Shown piece after piece: positions 54,440 to 64,000 of a stretch of DNA of 64,000 nt. Positions within the stretch are counted from its first letter, which is position 1, and every line of letters starts with the position of its first letter. The translations under genes were made by a program, and so were the position numbers. This DNA is from Mytilus edulis (lineage: Eukaryota), in the NCBI RefSeq assembly GCF_963676685.1, contig NC_092356.1, positions 20,894,001-20,958,000 on the forward strand, given 5' to 3'. The notes beneath the pieces are model-generated. The model had not been told where the DNA came from, ran no database searches, and saw nothing but the letters and a program-made list of their open reading frames with translations.

Positions 54440-55260
54440 AATACGTGTTTGAATATATTCACGTTTTGTTCATACGAGAGATTCGGATTACCAGATGTAA
54501 GTAACTTAACATTCCTGTATAAGGTCATCAGGAAGCCATCTTAGATTGTTCATCAGAATTTCTCTCTGGTGTGTATATAAAGAGCAGTCGAAAAGGAAAT
54601 GAGGTACAGTCTCAATGTTACATTTACAAAAGCAAGATGGATCAACAATTATATTGACTCTAAACAAGTCATAGTTCAAGAAAGATGAGTATCATCTGAA
54701 TTGTGTTAGAGTCATATTTAGTTTCCTCGGTCCATATAGATAGTGCTTAGGTACATCTTTATTTTTGGTATTTAACCTGAAGTTTTTAATTGATTTTAAA
54801 CTTTGATATAGAGTCTGATATTCGAAGGGACAATCCGGTATGATTCCATAGGTTAATAGTTGATGGTCTAAAAGATTCTTTAGTAAGAGATAATCTAAAA
54901 AAAAAGGAATAATGATGTCAGTGCCATTTCCCAAGGATATGTAGTTGTGCTCTGTACACTAGGTGGAACAAGTTTGCATATATAATCCGGAGCTTGGTTA
55001 TATTGAGTTTTATAAAACATTTGTAATTTTCGTCTTTTCCTCCTGTAAGCTAAAGTTTCCCACCCAATTTCCTCATACAGAATTTCAGATTTTGTAAATA
55101 AATATAGGCAAACCAGTAACTATTCTAGCAGCTTCTGGCTGCAAACTTTCAAGTTTATTAATGTTTTAAGCCATCGGCCCATATGGGCGTAAAGTGCTTT
55201 TCAATAAAGTATTAACATATCCTTTTACATAAGTTTTTCCTACAAAGTTGATACTTGAGT
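54440..55260 (-). mobile_element. Decayed 3' end of a CR1/L2-type LINE ORF2
   Basis: Minus-strand translation ...KLESLQPEAARIVTG...LYEEIGWETL...RRKRRKLQMFYK...YLYGPRKLN...DPSCFC...ETVPHFLFDC, with stops and frameshifts. Confidence 0.7.
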
Positions 55261-55580
55261 TTTCTCAGGATATTTAAATGTTTCGTAACACTGCTAATCA
55301 GTTATCAGTTGCTGGTGGCGTACGAGTTTGTATGTCACTTTGGTATCTTTCGCCTATTATGTACTTACAATGAGGAACACGATTGCCGCCGCATGTGCAA
55401 CAGAAACTACACCCACCTATTGATCACCTAAGACCACTTTTTTTTTTATTAGTTCATGTTTTTCAGTCTTTGGCCTTTTTGTGATTGTTAGACTGTTGTT
55501 TGTCTTGTCTTGTCATCTGTATTTTTTCGTTCTGTTATTGATTAGGAGTTTTGATTATTTTTTTACATTACTAATATTAA

Positions 55581-56271
55581 AGGGGCACTAGCTACGAGAT
55601 GTATAAAAAATCTGAATGTGATTTTATTTGGTTCAATCATTGTTGAAAGTGAAAGAGTGAAATAATAAATAGGTTTTAGCAGCTAGTGTGGTTCAATTTT
55701 GTCCAAATAAGCTAAGAAACTTTGATGACGAATTGTTCACTTGCAGGAATAATTCGACATAAACAAAATCTGTGTTCATGTGAACTTCAATTTTACACCT
55801 TAGCTAGAGATGGATAACGCATGAATTGTGCGTGTTACGGTATTTAAAGGAAAAGAATTTTAACAGTTAAATTGATACAATGGTAAATGATTTGATTGAC
55901 TGCTTCGATCCACAAAAAAAATAGTTCTTATACAGGTAAAAACGATGATAAATATTTATTTTCAATCTATAATATGAGATTAAACTGACCTAGGAAAATT
56001 CAATTGCACTAGTCTGCATTCAATTTATATCAATTTATGTTTATATCGCTTTTATGACCATCGGATGTCTTCGGCTGTCAACTTAATAGTTAATTAGATG
56101 GCGTCTAGACTAAAGTACACACGAAACGAAGCTACATATTATCGGGCTCATGACTTGTAAACTGTTTATTTAAGACTTTCAATAATTTGGATAACTGTTT
56201 TACATTGTTATAAATCAATTATGAGAATTTGAGTCAAATCGGTGAACATAAATTTGACAGCTAGTGTCCCT
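55581..56271. mobile_element. MITE, TTAA-type TSD
   Basis: TTAA|AGGGGCACTAGCT ... AGCTAGTGTCCCT|TCAA. Confidence 0.7.
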
Positions 56272-57353
56272 TCAAACTATTATTTTACTAGCAATATATA
56301 CTTACGAAATTCACAGGCATAAGTGTAATGATATCCCATGTTCCCTACGATTGGATGACATGGATAATCATGCCATAGGCCCCCATCACTACGTCTTATC
56401 AGTGCGCAGTCTTCGTTTGAACCACCAGCAAACAAAAATCCTGTGTCGTGGTTATTACCTTGTCCGTTCGCAAAATGTCTGTATGTTACTTGACTCCCTG
56501 AAAGTAATGTATTCTGTTAAGAAATAAGGTTATACGGTACGTAAATTAATTTAATCAATTAGTATGTTTTTAGCTTGATAAAGTCATCGCCTTGCGTTAA
56601 ACGAGGCGAACAAAATATATACGGTGATTCAAACACAATCAGTGACAAAAAAGAGAATCGTACCGCCTTGAAGGTAAATATATCTAGAAAGGTAGTACAG
56701 AATGAAGTTATCAATAAACTTTTTTCAAAAATAAATGATGCACTGATGCAATAGTTCTATTGGCTAACCGATGAACGGACCATGAAGATCATAAGTATTG
56801 GGTCCTCTCATTATCAATTTTACAACGTCTCAATAGATACCCCCTAGTAGTTTCACAGAACAATAAGATTTTAAAATCAAAGAATGTCTCTGTCCAGTCA
56901 TGTTTGTAATCATGATGTGTTGAATAACTCCCATGCTTTGAGTTTGTAAAGTATGATTGGAATGGTTGAGTTTGATTCATAGAAAAATGCGAAACATGAT
57001 TTCAATAGGTATTCAATATTTCTTTTATTTGGAGCTATCTGTCAACAATACTGCTGATATTTCGCAGACAAAACAAAAAGTGATGATCGTGATTGTGTAG
57101 ATGATTGCCAATCAACAATTCCATTAATTTCACTCGACTGAAACAAAATGAGGAATGTTATAACGCAACTATAAACACTTGTCGTTTAATTTGAAGCTTT
57201 TGCTACTAGTTGATATAATGCCAGCTTTAACCCACCATTTTCTTTGGAAAAGGCCACTACAGGGCAGTATTAAACATGGTAGTTCTTGTCCATGTGTTCC
57301 GTTCATTGATGAAGTAAAGCGTTTGGTTTTGTCAGATTTTATGAACTTTTCCC

Positions 57354-57530
57354 TTTTTAGCTCACCTGGCCCACAGGGCCAAGTGAGCTTTTCTCATCTC
57401 TTGTCGTCCGTCGTCTTCCGTCGTTGTAAACTTTTACAAAAATCTTCTCCTCTGAAACTACTGAAAATTTAACCAAACTTGGCCACAACCATCATTTGGG
57501 ATATTTAGTTTAACTGTGTCCGGTGACCCA
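57354..57530 (+). mobile_element. Helentron/HINE-like repeat fragment
   Basis: ttttagctcacctggccc acagggccaagtgagct hairpin followed by gtcgtccgtcgtc microsatellite-like tract. Confidence 0.5.
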
Positions 57531-57756
57531 GCCAATTATTGTGTAAATATTTGACTTTAATTTGATTTGACGTAGCTTGAGTTTCTTGTGGCTTTGTCAT
57601 ATCATTTAAATCACCAGAGGTAACAAAACATCGCCTTTGTAGAAGTTATTGGAGCAAGTTAAAATAATTCTATTTTTCTTTTATTTTCAGTTACAGCAAA
57701 TGTATCCAATAACAAACAAACATGAAAGACCACTTTTCTTGACAAATACAAAATAC

Positions 57757-57846
57757 CGTCTATCCACCGCCAGTCCCCTTCTTTTGGCCTTGTCTGTAGC
57801 TCCAATCCATAAGTTTTGTGCATTCTGGCAATGTTCAAAGGTTAAA
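57757..57846 (-). pseudogene. Relic 3' part of the original gene G exon 2
   Basis: LTFEHCQNAQNLWIGATDKAK(+1)EGDWRWID|GT; diverged from the upstream F-like copy and frameshifted. Confidence 0.8.
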
Positions 57847-59189
57847 CATTGTTGTCTCTTTAACATGTTCCCCATTTCCATTTTCTATTTTATTGAACAA
57901 AACATAATACTACATGTACAAATGTAATACTACATTTTCTATTTTATTGAACAAAACATAATACTACATGTAATACCGTCTATCCACCGCCAGTCCCCTT
58001 CCTTTGCCCTGTCTGTTGCACCAATCCACACATTTGCTGCATTCCAATGCTCCAATCTTAAGGAATCCAAAATGAATTTTTCTTTTGCACTATCTTTCAC
58101 CGTGACCAAATCCCCACCTAGGCTCCTGCAGCTTTTGCGAGCATCATCCCATGACAATTCATGTTCGACAAACAACAAGCATGCATCTGTATACACGCGC
58201 ACGTGTTTCAAAGTCCTAATTCGTGAGACCAAAAAAATATCATAGACATCTTAATGTATATGTTTGGCAATAAAGACCTACCATGCTTGATGTACATATA
58301 GGAATTAAAATATTTCGCATAACAGGACGAAATAAGCTCCACTAAATGATGAACATTTATCCATAGATCCAATTTTTATTCAAATCTCCTCCATAGAAAG
58401 TTTTAAAATGCAGCAAATGATGATTGGTTGATTGTCTAATCAGACGCTGACATATCACATGATTTGATAAAAGGTGTCCTACTGAAAGTCTTTCCTCATC
58501 TGGTTTGTTTATATAAAGATATTCAATAAAAAATCTCAATAACTTAAGAATATTCTTCTTTCTCCCTTTTTTTTTTGTTGTCATAATTTACCTTTAGCTA
58601 CAGCGACTCTAAAAGTTAATTCAATGTATCTAAGAAAAAATGAAAAAGTCGATCGTGTATGTCAATGAGTATGAAACATGTGATATATCGGACACTAAAT
58701 GCAGCAAATGCTAGTATGTGTATTGCTGTACAGTTGTGTTCCTGCTTCTGGTCCATATTTATATGTTTTCATTAAACAAGATCATCATGCATTCATGTGA
58801 CTGTTCCAAGTTTGGAATTTCTTTAACATGTATGTCATATGTTTTGTTTTGTTTATTGTTTTACTGGATAAATCATGTGGTTGGTTTTCTGGTGTGAATT
58901 AATGAAATGTTTGCAACGTAGGGGGATCAAATAAATCGCAGTACCGTATGTATTCTGCATACTGTTGAAGCACATACGGTGTCCTGTATACTAAACACCA
59001 AAAGAAACGCACCACCTCCAATCAGATATTTAATTTCTTTAAAATGAACAATTAAAAAGAGTTAAAAATCGATATTCCAACAGAATAAAACAATTTAACT
59101 AAGTTAGTTAATTAGGGCAATACTTTTATTTTAAAGACATTTTTTATTGGATCCAATCAAATGAAGATAAAGAAGCGAACGATACGAAA

Positions 59190-59670
59190 GGTTCATTTAT
59201 ACTCATAATTCGAAAATAAACTGACAAGACATTGCTAAAAAAACAAAAAGACAAACAGACAAATAATACATGTAGTACACAAACACAAAGTAGAAAAATA
59301 ACGACTGAGCAACACAAACCCCACCAACACTTTGGGTTATCTCAGGTGCTTCAGAGTCTGCTTCACATGTGGCACTTGTCGTGATCCTAATGTTAGTACA
59401 AACCCGGCAATGAGCATAAATCAATAGGTCACCTTTTTGGAAAGGGGACGGCATTGTAGGCACATATCCGCTAGTTTAAGTGAAACGGGCATATGATAAC
59501 TGTCAACCAACACTTGATGGTATCACCACTTAGGACTTTTGAATTGATAGCTTCTTAGTGAGCAGCTGTCCTATATCAACGACATCATGGTATGAAATAC
59601 AAGCCCTGGAATATCGTATCAACTGGGAGGTATATATTCCGTATGCAAGTGCTGCTGGAATTTTGCAACA
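59190..59670 (-). mobile_element. Penelope-like element 3' fragment
   Basis: Minus strand IPAALAYGIYTSQLIRYSRACISYHD..., followed by a 3' region also seen at ~14500, ~22540 and ~45840. Confidence 0.6.
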
Positions 59671-61161
59671 TAAGAAATTAAAAGGTCACACTAAGGCAGC
59701 TGAAATAATCTCGGAGTCTGTTCTCGTATATATAGTTTAGCATTCATCCGATCCTATTTGTCAATTTATAGAAGTAAGTCAAGACATGAGGCAGACTTGA
59801 ACGTATCTGTTGTATCCTTTGACTCAAGGTCGATGCGATATATTCTGTAAAGGATATAAGCCGATAACAATCCATTCTGAAAAATATTGGACAGGTCTTA
59901 GGCCGCATCTGTCCGGTTTTGATAGCTGATTCAATTGATGTCAATGATTTCGAAAAAGGACGTTTTTCAATTAAAAGAAAACTAAAAAACCAGGTTCAAT
60001 CCACCATTTTTGAAAATGCCTTTACCAAGTCAGGAATATGACATTTGTTATCCAGTCGTTTGATGGTTTTTTTTTTCATTTGATTTTGCCATTTGATTAG
60101 GGACTTTCCGATTTGAATTTTTTCACTGGAGTTTAGTATTTTTGTGATTTTACTGCTTTTTTGGTGGGGGGCGGGGGTATGCGCGCGTTGTTCTGTGACA
60201 AAGCAACAACACACAGCGTACATTTTTTTATGATTAATTAATATTCACATGATGAGAATGCAGTTTAGTTTTATTATTATGCATGCCGTGATTGTATTAT
60301 TAATGTCAATTGTTCTTTACCGTTTTCGAGCATTCAAAACACTTTACTTGTATCAAACATTAATAACAAACAAGTTTCATGCCAACCACAAATATTGAAG
60401 TACATTAACACAAAGCAATTCTACCAGACTAAACAGCAACCTTTACCTCTAATACGATATTATACATACCAGACTGAGTGTTAACAACGTGACTTACAAA
60501 CAAAGAGGAAAATACAAATTGAAATATTTTTCTCGTCATTTCCTTAAGATATATCTATTCACATTTTAGCCTACATAAAATGAGGACAGATTAGTTGGAA
60601 AAGATAAGACATGCATTTACCGTAAACATAACAGTGTTGGTAGAAAATAAATTTTTCTTGGAAAAAAAATTCTTCAGGAAACACGTTTGTGCTGGGTTTT
60701 GAATATTTTTAAAGCACAACATATTTATTTTTTAAATACGTATTATCAGAATCAAGGATTGAAGACCAACAACTACACACAATAGAAAACGATCGTATAC
60801 ATGTACAGTATGTTCTTATCTTGCTAGTGATTGACCTATTAGTTGAATCAGAAAATCAAACAGCTTTCTAAACCAATTTTGTTTTAACATTTTTACCTTA
60901 AAAATAGAATGTTTATTTTCGAAAAATTAAGAACCGAGTTCAGTTAAGAAACTTCGCCTTCTTTCTATAACGTCCTGTTATTATATTTAATTCTTTATTG
61001 TCACGTAAGTAAAATGAATTCATACTTGTGACATAAACAAAAATAACAACAACAAAATATAACTGAGTTGAACACCCTCAAATATATATATATATACAAG
61101 AAAAAATAACTAAGAGTCCCCTGTCATCAGCTCTAAAGACTACTAGCTTTTAATTCAATTG

Positions 61162-63156
61162 TCACACTATACGAGTAAATATCGGAAGTTCGTCAAGTTT
61201 CACACTAATATTACGCAAATATTCAGGGCCATTAATAACAAGTCCATCTATTGACGCCCTCCATCTGCCAAGGGGTAAATATATGTCTCTTGAACTTGCT
61301 CCCTGTTCTAACACAGGTGCTACAAGTGTGTTATTTCCAAGCAAAAATTCGGAGTCAATTTTTTGACATTCTTTATCCAGCGGAGATATCCACCACAAAG
61401 GGCGAATAATAGGAGCCCCTGTCCGAACGGACTCTTCGGCCAGCTCAATTATAAGATCGGAATATTCTTCGTGCAACTGCACAAACTTTCGAGATATATT
61501 GACAACTTCATCGTCGTATTGCCAAGGTACAATAGAAAACTGCATTGCCGGAAGTAGTGCAGTAGCCTCTAACCATCTAATAAATAATTCACGGTCTGGC
61601 TTATTCCCTTCATATGCATTTCCGCCAATCATATCAGGCAATACGAATGGATATCCGAGTAAACCGAATGTCAATGCAGTGTTGATCAGCGTTTTCAATC
61701 CATTTTTATTTTCCCAGTTCGAATTTTTATCAAGCATGCGTACAAACACTGGTAAATGCTGTGTGCTGACACCAACTCGAACTTCTTGATGTCGAACATC
61801 AGTATCAGAGGCATAAGCTAACTCCGCCCATTTAGTTGGATAGAAATTTGGACTGTCGTAAGCGGTTTCGAAAATATTTGGCAACCAGTTTGTTTCACCT
61901 GCATCAAATTTGAATGAGCTTATATTGTATGTTTTCTGTAAATATTGCAATTTATGTAAAAACCAATGCACTGCATCCTTATTCGAAACATCTAAAATCC
62001 CCGCTGCATTCCCATCCCACCATGAAACAAGGGCCGGCACTTGTGAATCATATTGTCTTACAAGAAAGAATCTAGATGCCGCATCTTGAAATGTTAATGA
62101 ATCAATATTGAAGAATGGATGGACCCAAATAGTTACTCTAAATCCCATTGCATTTAGTTGTTTAACCATTTCAGTTGCATTAGGAAATTTGTTGACATTA
62201 AAAACCATATCACCATATTTTGGTGTCCAGTCATCGTCTATTTCTACTTGTGAATGTGAAAAGTTATATTTTAAAATATTTGAAGCAAACTCTATTACAG
62301 TTGTTTGATTTATATCTTTATGGTATTGAGCCCATGTTGACCAAATCGGATACTTAAATAATTTTCTATCTGGAATATCTGATGGCTTGGAAAATGACGC
62401 CGACATGAAATCATGAATCTTCCGAACGTTATCAGCGATGCAAATTGTGTAATTCAAATGAGGGTACCCTCCTTTGATATTCGTATATGGATACTTTTCA
62501 TATTTAGCCATAAGGCAGATTTGTTTATCGGACGTTTGGTTGATGCTAATATAAAGCGGAACATCGCTACTAATGTTTATCCCTACTCCTTGTGAATTGA
62601 TGAAATAACGTTCCTGTACACCTCCAATACGTCTAGCGTATGAATCATTAGCAACAAAAGCAGAGAGGTTCATTGTCGTCTGCTCCAAAGGCCAGAACTG
62701 GTTCCAATCCTCGTAACCACCATACCAGTGAGCATTATCTAAATCAAAACAATCTAACAAAATTTGATCAGAGCAAGAATGTGTTCTCCAATATATATCA
62801 TAGCACTCGACAGATGCATATTTATTATAAGATATAAGTAGATCTTTTGTACCAATCCAGTCCAGACAAAGAACATTATCGGAACTCCCACAGTCCTCAG
62901 CAACTATTTTTGTACTTCCGGTATTTGATAATTGTCCGGATAGACGAACATCTGTATCTGAATTTTTTATTTTAAAATTCCAGGTATATTTTTCCAGGTG
63001 TAAATTCCCAACAACATACTCGTCTTCAATCTCAGGTTCCTCGTTATTATTTCGTCCAACTTGCCAGGCAATTATTCCAACAATTGCGCTCAGCAATATC
63101 AATGAAAGCAAGGCGAGACCAACTTTCATTCTTCCATTAATTTTGTGCCCAGACAT
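61162..63156 (-). CDS. MYORG: Glycoside hydrolase family 31, myogenesis-regulating glycosidase-like (type II membrane)
   Basis: 664-aa single-exon ORF; N-terminal TM anchor (VGLALLSLILLSAIVGIIAW); PIWSTW, EIDDDW, FKFDAGE (nucleophile), RMLDKNS (acid/base), LPDMIGGN, MQFS, PIIRPLWW motifs typical of MYORG/KIAA1161. Acceptor AG at 63166-63165 suggests an upstream exon. Confidence 0.92.
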   Translation of the reverse strand: MSGHKINGRMKVGLALLSLILLSAIVGIIAWQVGRNNNEEPEIEDEYVVGNLHLEKYTWNFKIKNSDTDVRLSGQLSNTGSTKIVAEDCGSSDNVLCLDWIGTKDLLISYNKYASVECYDIYWRTHSCSDQILLDCFDLDNAHWYGGYEDWNQFWPLEQTTMNLSAFVANDSYARRIGGVQERYFINSQGVGINISSDVPLYISINQTSDKQICLMAKYEKYPYTNIKGGYPHLNYTICIADNVRKIHDFMSASFSKPSDIPDRKLFKYPIWSTWAQYHKDINQTTVIEFASNILKYNFSHSQVEIDDDWTPKYGDMVFNVNKFPNATEMVKQLNAMGFRVTIWVHPFFNIDSLTFQDAASRFFLVRQYDSQVPALVSWWDGNAAGILDVSNKDAVHWFLHKLQYLQKTYNISSFKFDAGETNWLPNIFETAYDSPNFYPTKWAELAYASDTDVRHQEVRVGVSTQHLPVFVRMLDKNSNWENKNGLKTLINTALTFGLLGYPFVLPDMIGGNAYEGNKPDRELFIRWLEATALLPAMQFSIVPWQYDDEVVNISRKFVQLHEEYSDLIIELAEESVRTGAPIIRPLWWISPLDKECQKIDSEFLLGNNTLVAPVLEQGASSRDIYLPLGRWRASIDGLVINGPEYLRNISVKLDELPIFTRIV

Positions 63157-64000
63157 AAAAACTTCTGAAATGTTTGAATGATATGTTATTACTACAATTA
63201 AATTGACACAAAATACGTAAATCCTAATAAATAAATGGACAAAACGTGTCTAAATATCGGGGGAAAGTTTATAAACAGTAAATCTACTTTAATTACTAAA
63301 AGTAGAAATTGCAAGACAAATATTGAACCGATTTCGCTTCTGTCCAATTTTACCTTAGAATTAATCAAAAATGAACTTTTTTTGTTTGACGTGGTTAAAA
63401 GATTTATCCCTCCTGTTTTTTTTCTCAGTCGAATAAAAAACAATTACTACGTGGTGTACATATTAGGACGTGCAGCATGTACAGATATGAGACTCCTCTC
63501 AGTTGCAAAAGGGACGTTATTTTGGGATTTCATGCAAGCTCTCTGCCCTAACAAACATACCTTAATTTTCTAATGGTAGTACCCTTCCTTTAGTATATCT
63601 TCAGAACCTATCTATAGTATTATGTAATATTATTATTGTTAATTTATTCTCGTCATGAATGTGCATGAAATATTTGCCACTACGCGTACGTAAAGCAAGC
63701 AACACTCAATCTGTTAATTGTTTAGAACTGAATAAGTGTAATGATGAGCGGATGTACTACCTGGCAAAAAACAAAATCATTTCCATTAGTTTTTTAAAAA
63801 CCCTTTTTCGTTCGCAACCGGATGTGACGTACTATGGTTTGGTGGTATTTCACCTTAGCACCTGTTTGAAAATTTCAAATTTGCACCCTATATGCAAAAA
63901 AGTCAATCTAAAGTCATTTTTGGGGATAAAAATATAAAAATAAGTTCTAAAACTAGATACAAAAGATATTTTTCTATAAATAAGTCGTTTTTGTTGTGCT

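Larger units (their letters stand above)
51301..58225 (-). pseudogene. C-type lectin gene G: CTLD + Thr linker + Ig domain, apparently damaged
   Basis: Exon 2 copy 58225-57977 (lacks acceptor and first Cys), intact exon 3 56497-56306, Thr-rich exon 52986-52873, Ig exon 51598-51301 with a 1-nt frameshift. Signal exon not identified. Confidence 0.7.

Noticed and set aside
58590-58760. Candidate first exon for gene G
   Set aside because: A phase-1-like donor exists near 58591, but an in-frame stop precedes it with no ATG or signal peptide.
61363-62595. Plus-strand ORFs overlapping MYORG
   Set aside because: Short antisense frames of a real gene with no independent features.

Overview
AT-rich, intron-containing animal genomic DNA, most likely a bivalve. 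A Mytilus-like mussel is inferred from the repeat families and hammerhead retrozymes. Splicing by eye (GT-AG, phase-checked) gives a tandem cluster of seven paralogous C-type lectin genes, here called A-G: A(-, runs off the left edge), B(-), C(+), D(-), E(-), F(-), G(-). A single-coding-exon GH31 glycosidase of the MYORG/KIAA1161 type follows at 61162-63156 (-). A-F share a head of a signal-peptide exon plus two CTLD exons; G has the CTLD exons but no identifiable signal exon. The CTLD is non-canonical: GQG...GFLF...EDC...WHD instead of EPN/QPD...WND. The head is joined through phase-1 introns to three different tails. B has a long PTS mucin stalk, a transmembrane helix and a Tyr-rich NPxY cytoplasmic tail. 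C-F have an ETPAP-repeat mucin ending in an Ile-Gly-(basic) amidation-like signal. G has a short Thr linker plus an immunoglobulin domain that is hidden from the ORF track by a 1-nt frameshift. Two genes (A, G) show exon 2 replaced by a near-identical copy from a neighbouring paralog, each leaving a relic. Four type-I hammerhead ribozymes are present. Two of them flank a 368-nt retrozyme monomer lying in sense orientation just downstream of the gene G stop codon. Introns and intergenic DNA carry Penelope-like fragments, a LINE fragment, a tRNA-SINE, a Helitron-like element, several MITEs and minisatellites. All gene models are manual predictions without transcript evidence.
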